Shown here in pieces: positions 62,751 through 64,000 of a stretch of 64,000 bases of DNA. Numbering within the stretch: position 1 is the stretch's first letter; each line of letters starts with the position of its first letter. The position numbers were made by a program, and so were the translations under genes. The notes beneath the pieces were generated by a model. The model searched no databases. It saw only the letters and a list, made by a program, of their open reading frames with translations, and was not told where the DNA came from. Source of the DNA: Vicugna vicugna (taxonomy: Eukaryota); the NCBI GenBank assembly GCA_013265495.1, contig MU058059.1:1897502-1961501 (forward strand), given 5' to 3'.

Positions 62751-62994
62751 AGCATAGGAGCACTAAGAACTGGAAAAAGACTTCTCTCTAATAAACCATG
62801 TATGAGGAGTTGACCCCTGGTAGCCAGATGATCACACGCAAGGCCAGGGGCTGCTAACAGCTATACAGAAGGAGGAATCAAAGATTCTGGTTAAACTAGA
62901 ATTTTAAAAGTAGATTAAACAGATAAATGATGCTACCACATTTTTATACTTCCCTTGTATTCCAATCAAAGTTTTTATTATTTTTGTGCCCCTT

Positions 62995-63476
62995 TGATTA
63001 TTTAAAAAAGGGAAAAAATAGTTTTACAGTGGAAGAATCAAGCAGAGACCACGTTATCCGAGTGACCCAAGCTAACGTCCCCAGGAGAACACATGGCATC
63101 AGGGACCCCAATGGCACATGCTGAGAGAGCATGTCACCTCCAGGTCCTCTGGCCAAACGTGTCACCTCAGGCTCACGAGAAGGTGGACCAGCCCTACTGA
63201 GGGGCGGTCCACAGGGTAAGACTGAGAACTGTCAGAGCCTGAAGGGGGCAAGGCCCCCCAAGGCAGCGTGGGGCCCTGGGTGAGATGCTGGAGAGGAAGA
63301 AGGCCCCAAGCAGGAGATGGATGAGCGCTCAGCGCAGTCGTGGGGCTGATGATCCCAGTACTGACTGTGCGACGGGAGCATCAGGGGAAGCAGGGTGACT
63401 GACGAGGACACAGGACTCTGTCCTGTTTTTCTAACCTTCCCGTAAATCTGAAATTATTTGCAAAAAGTGTTAAAAC
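62995..63476 (+). mobile_element. Old L1 (L1MC4/ME-like) 3' region
   Basis: aaagggaaaaaatagttttacagtggaagaa..cttcccgtaaatctgaaattattt. Confidence 0.55.
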
Positions 63477-64000
63477 TATACAAATTATTATTTACTGTAA
63501 TTAGAGCTTTAAGGCCAGTTGCTATTCAGCATTTTCACTTTCGTAGGAGCACATATTTTTGTAAATATATGTTAACAGAAGCAAATGCAAATGCTCTTCC
63601 AGCCCACCTGTCACTAAGACCATAGGTGGCACAACCATGCCCCGCGGATCACCCCCCCCCATGTTGACAGAGGCCTCTGGAGGCTGGTCTCTCAAACCAG
63701 AATGGCAAAGGGAGAGCAGTTTTAAAAATGCAAGGACCTCACCAAGCAGCCGGAAGCTGCACCTAAGGACTCATCCTGGAGGGACTTACTCCACGCCGCT
63801 CTCCAAGACGCTTCACTTACAGAACAAGTACGTGGACAGAGCACAGAACGGAAAGCCGTGCTTACAAAACAAAGACAAATTAGGCTCCAGGGAGAGTGAG
63901 CCAAGCTCTTCCCTGTGGTCTGATCATTAATTTTCTCTGGTCCTCTGACTCGATTGATCTCTTCTGGAAAAAGCATGACACTTTCCCAGGCTAGTGAATT

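Overview
Mammalian genomic DNA, probably camelid (alpaca/llama/camel) given a vic-1-like tRNA-derived SINE at 50773-50920. The window is internal to the laminin alpha-1 gene (LAMA1) on the minus strand. I traced 44 consecutive coding exons (equivalent to human exons ~17-60, numbering from recall). All have GT-AG boundaries and matching phases, and they join into 6442 nt of open frame running from the LEb repeats through L4b, LEc, the coiled coil and LG1-LG4 to the start of LG5. Introns hold ordinary mammalian repeats (L1, L2, MIR, MLT1, MER). I see no prokaryotic-type system, CRISPR array or second gene. The best leads are (i) a candidate in-frame 9-nt microexon or recursive splice site in the LG1-LG2 intron, (ii) sharply bounded intragenic CpG/GC islands that have rewritten exons 33 and 37-39 toward Ala/Gly/Arg, paralleled by a GC-shifted neutral L1 (gBGC-like), and (iii) absence of both RGD-type sites known from mouse and human alpha-1.
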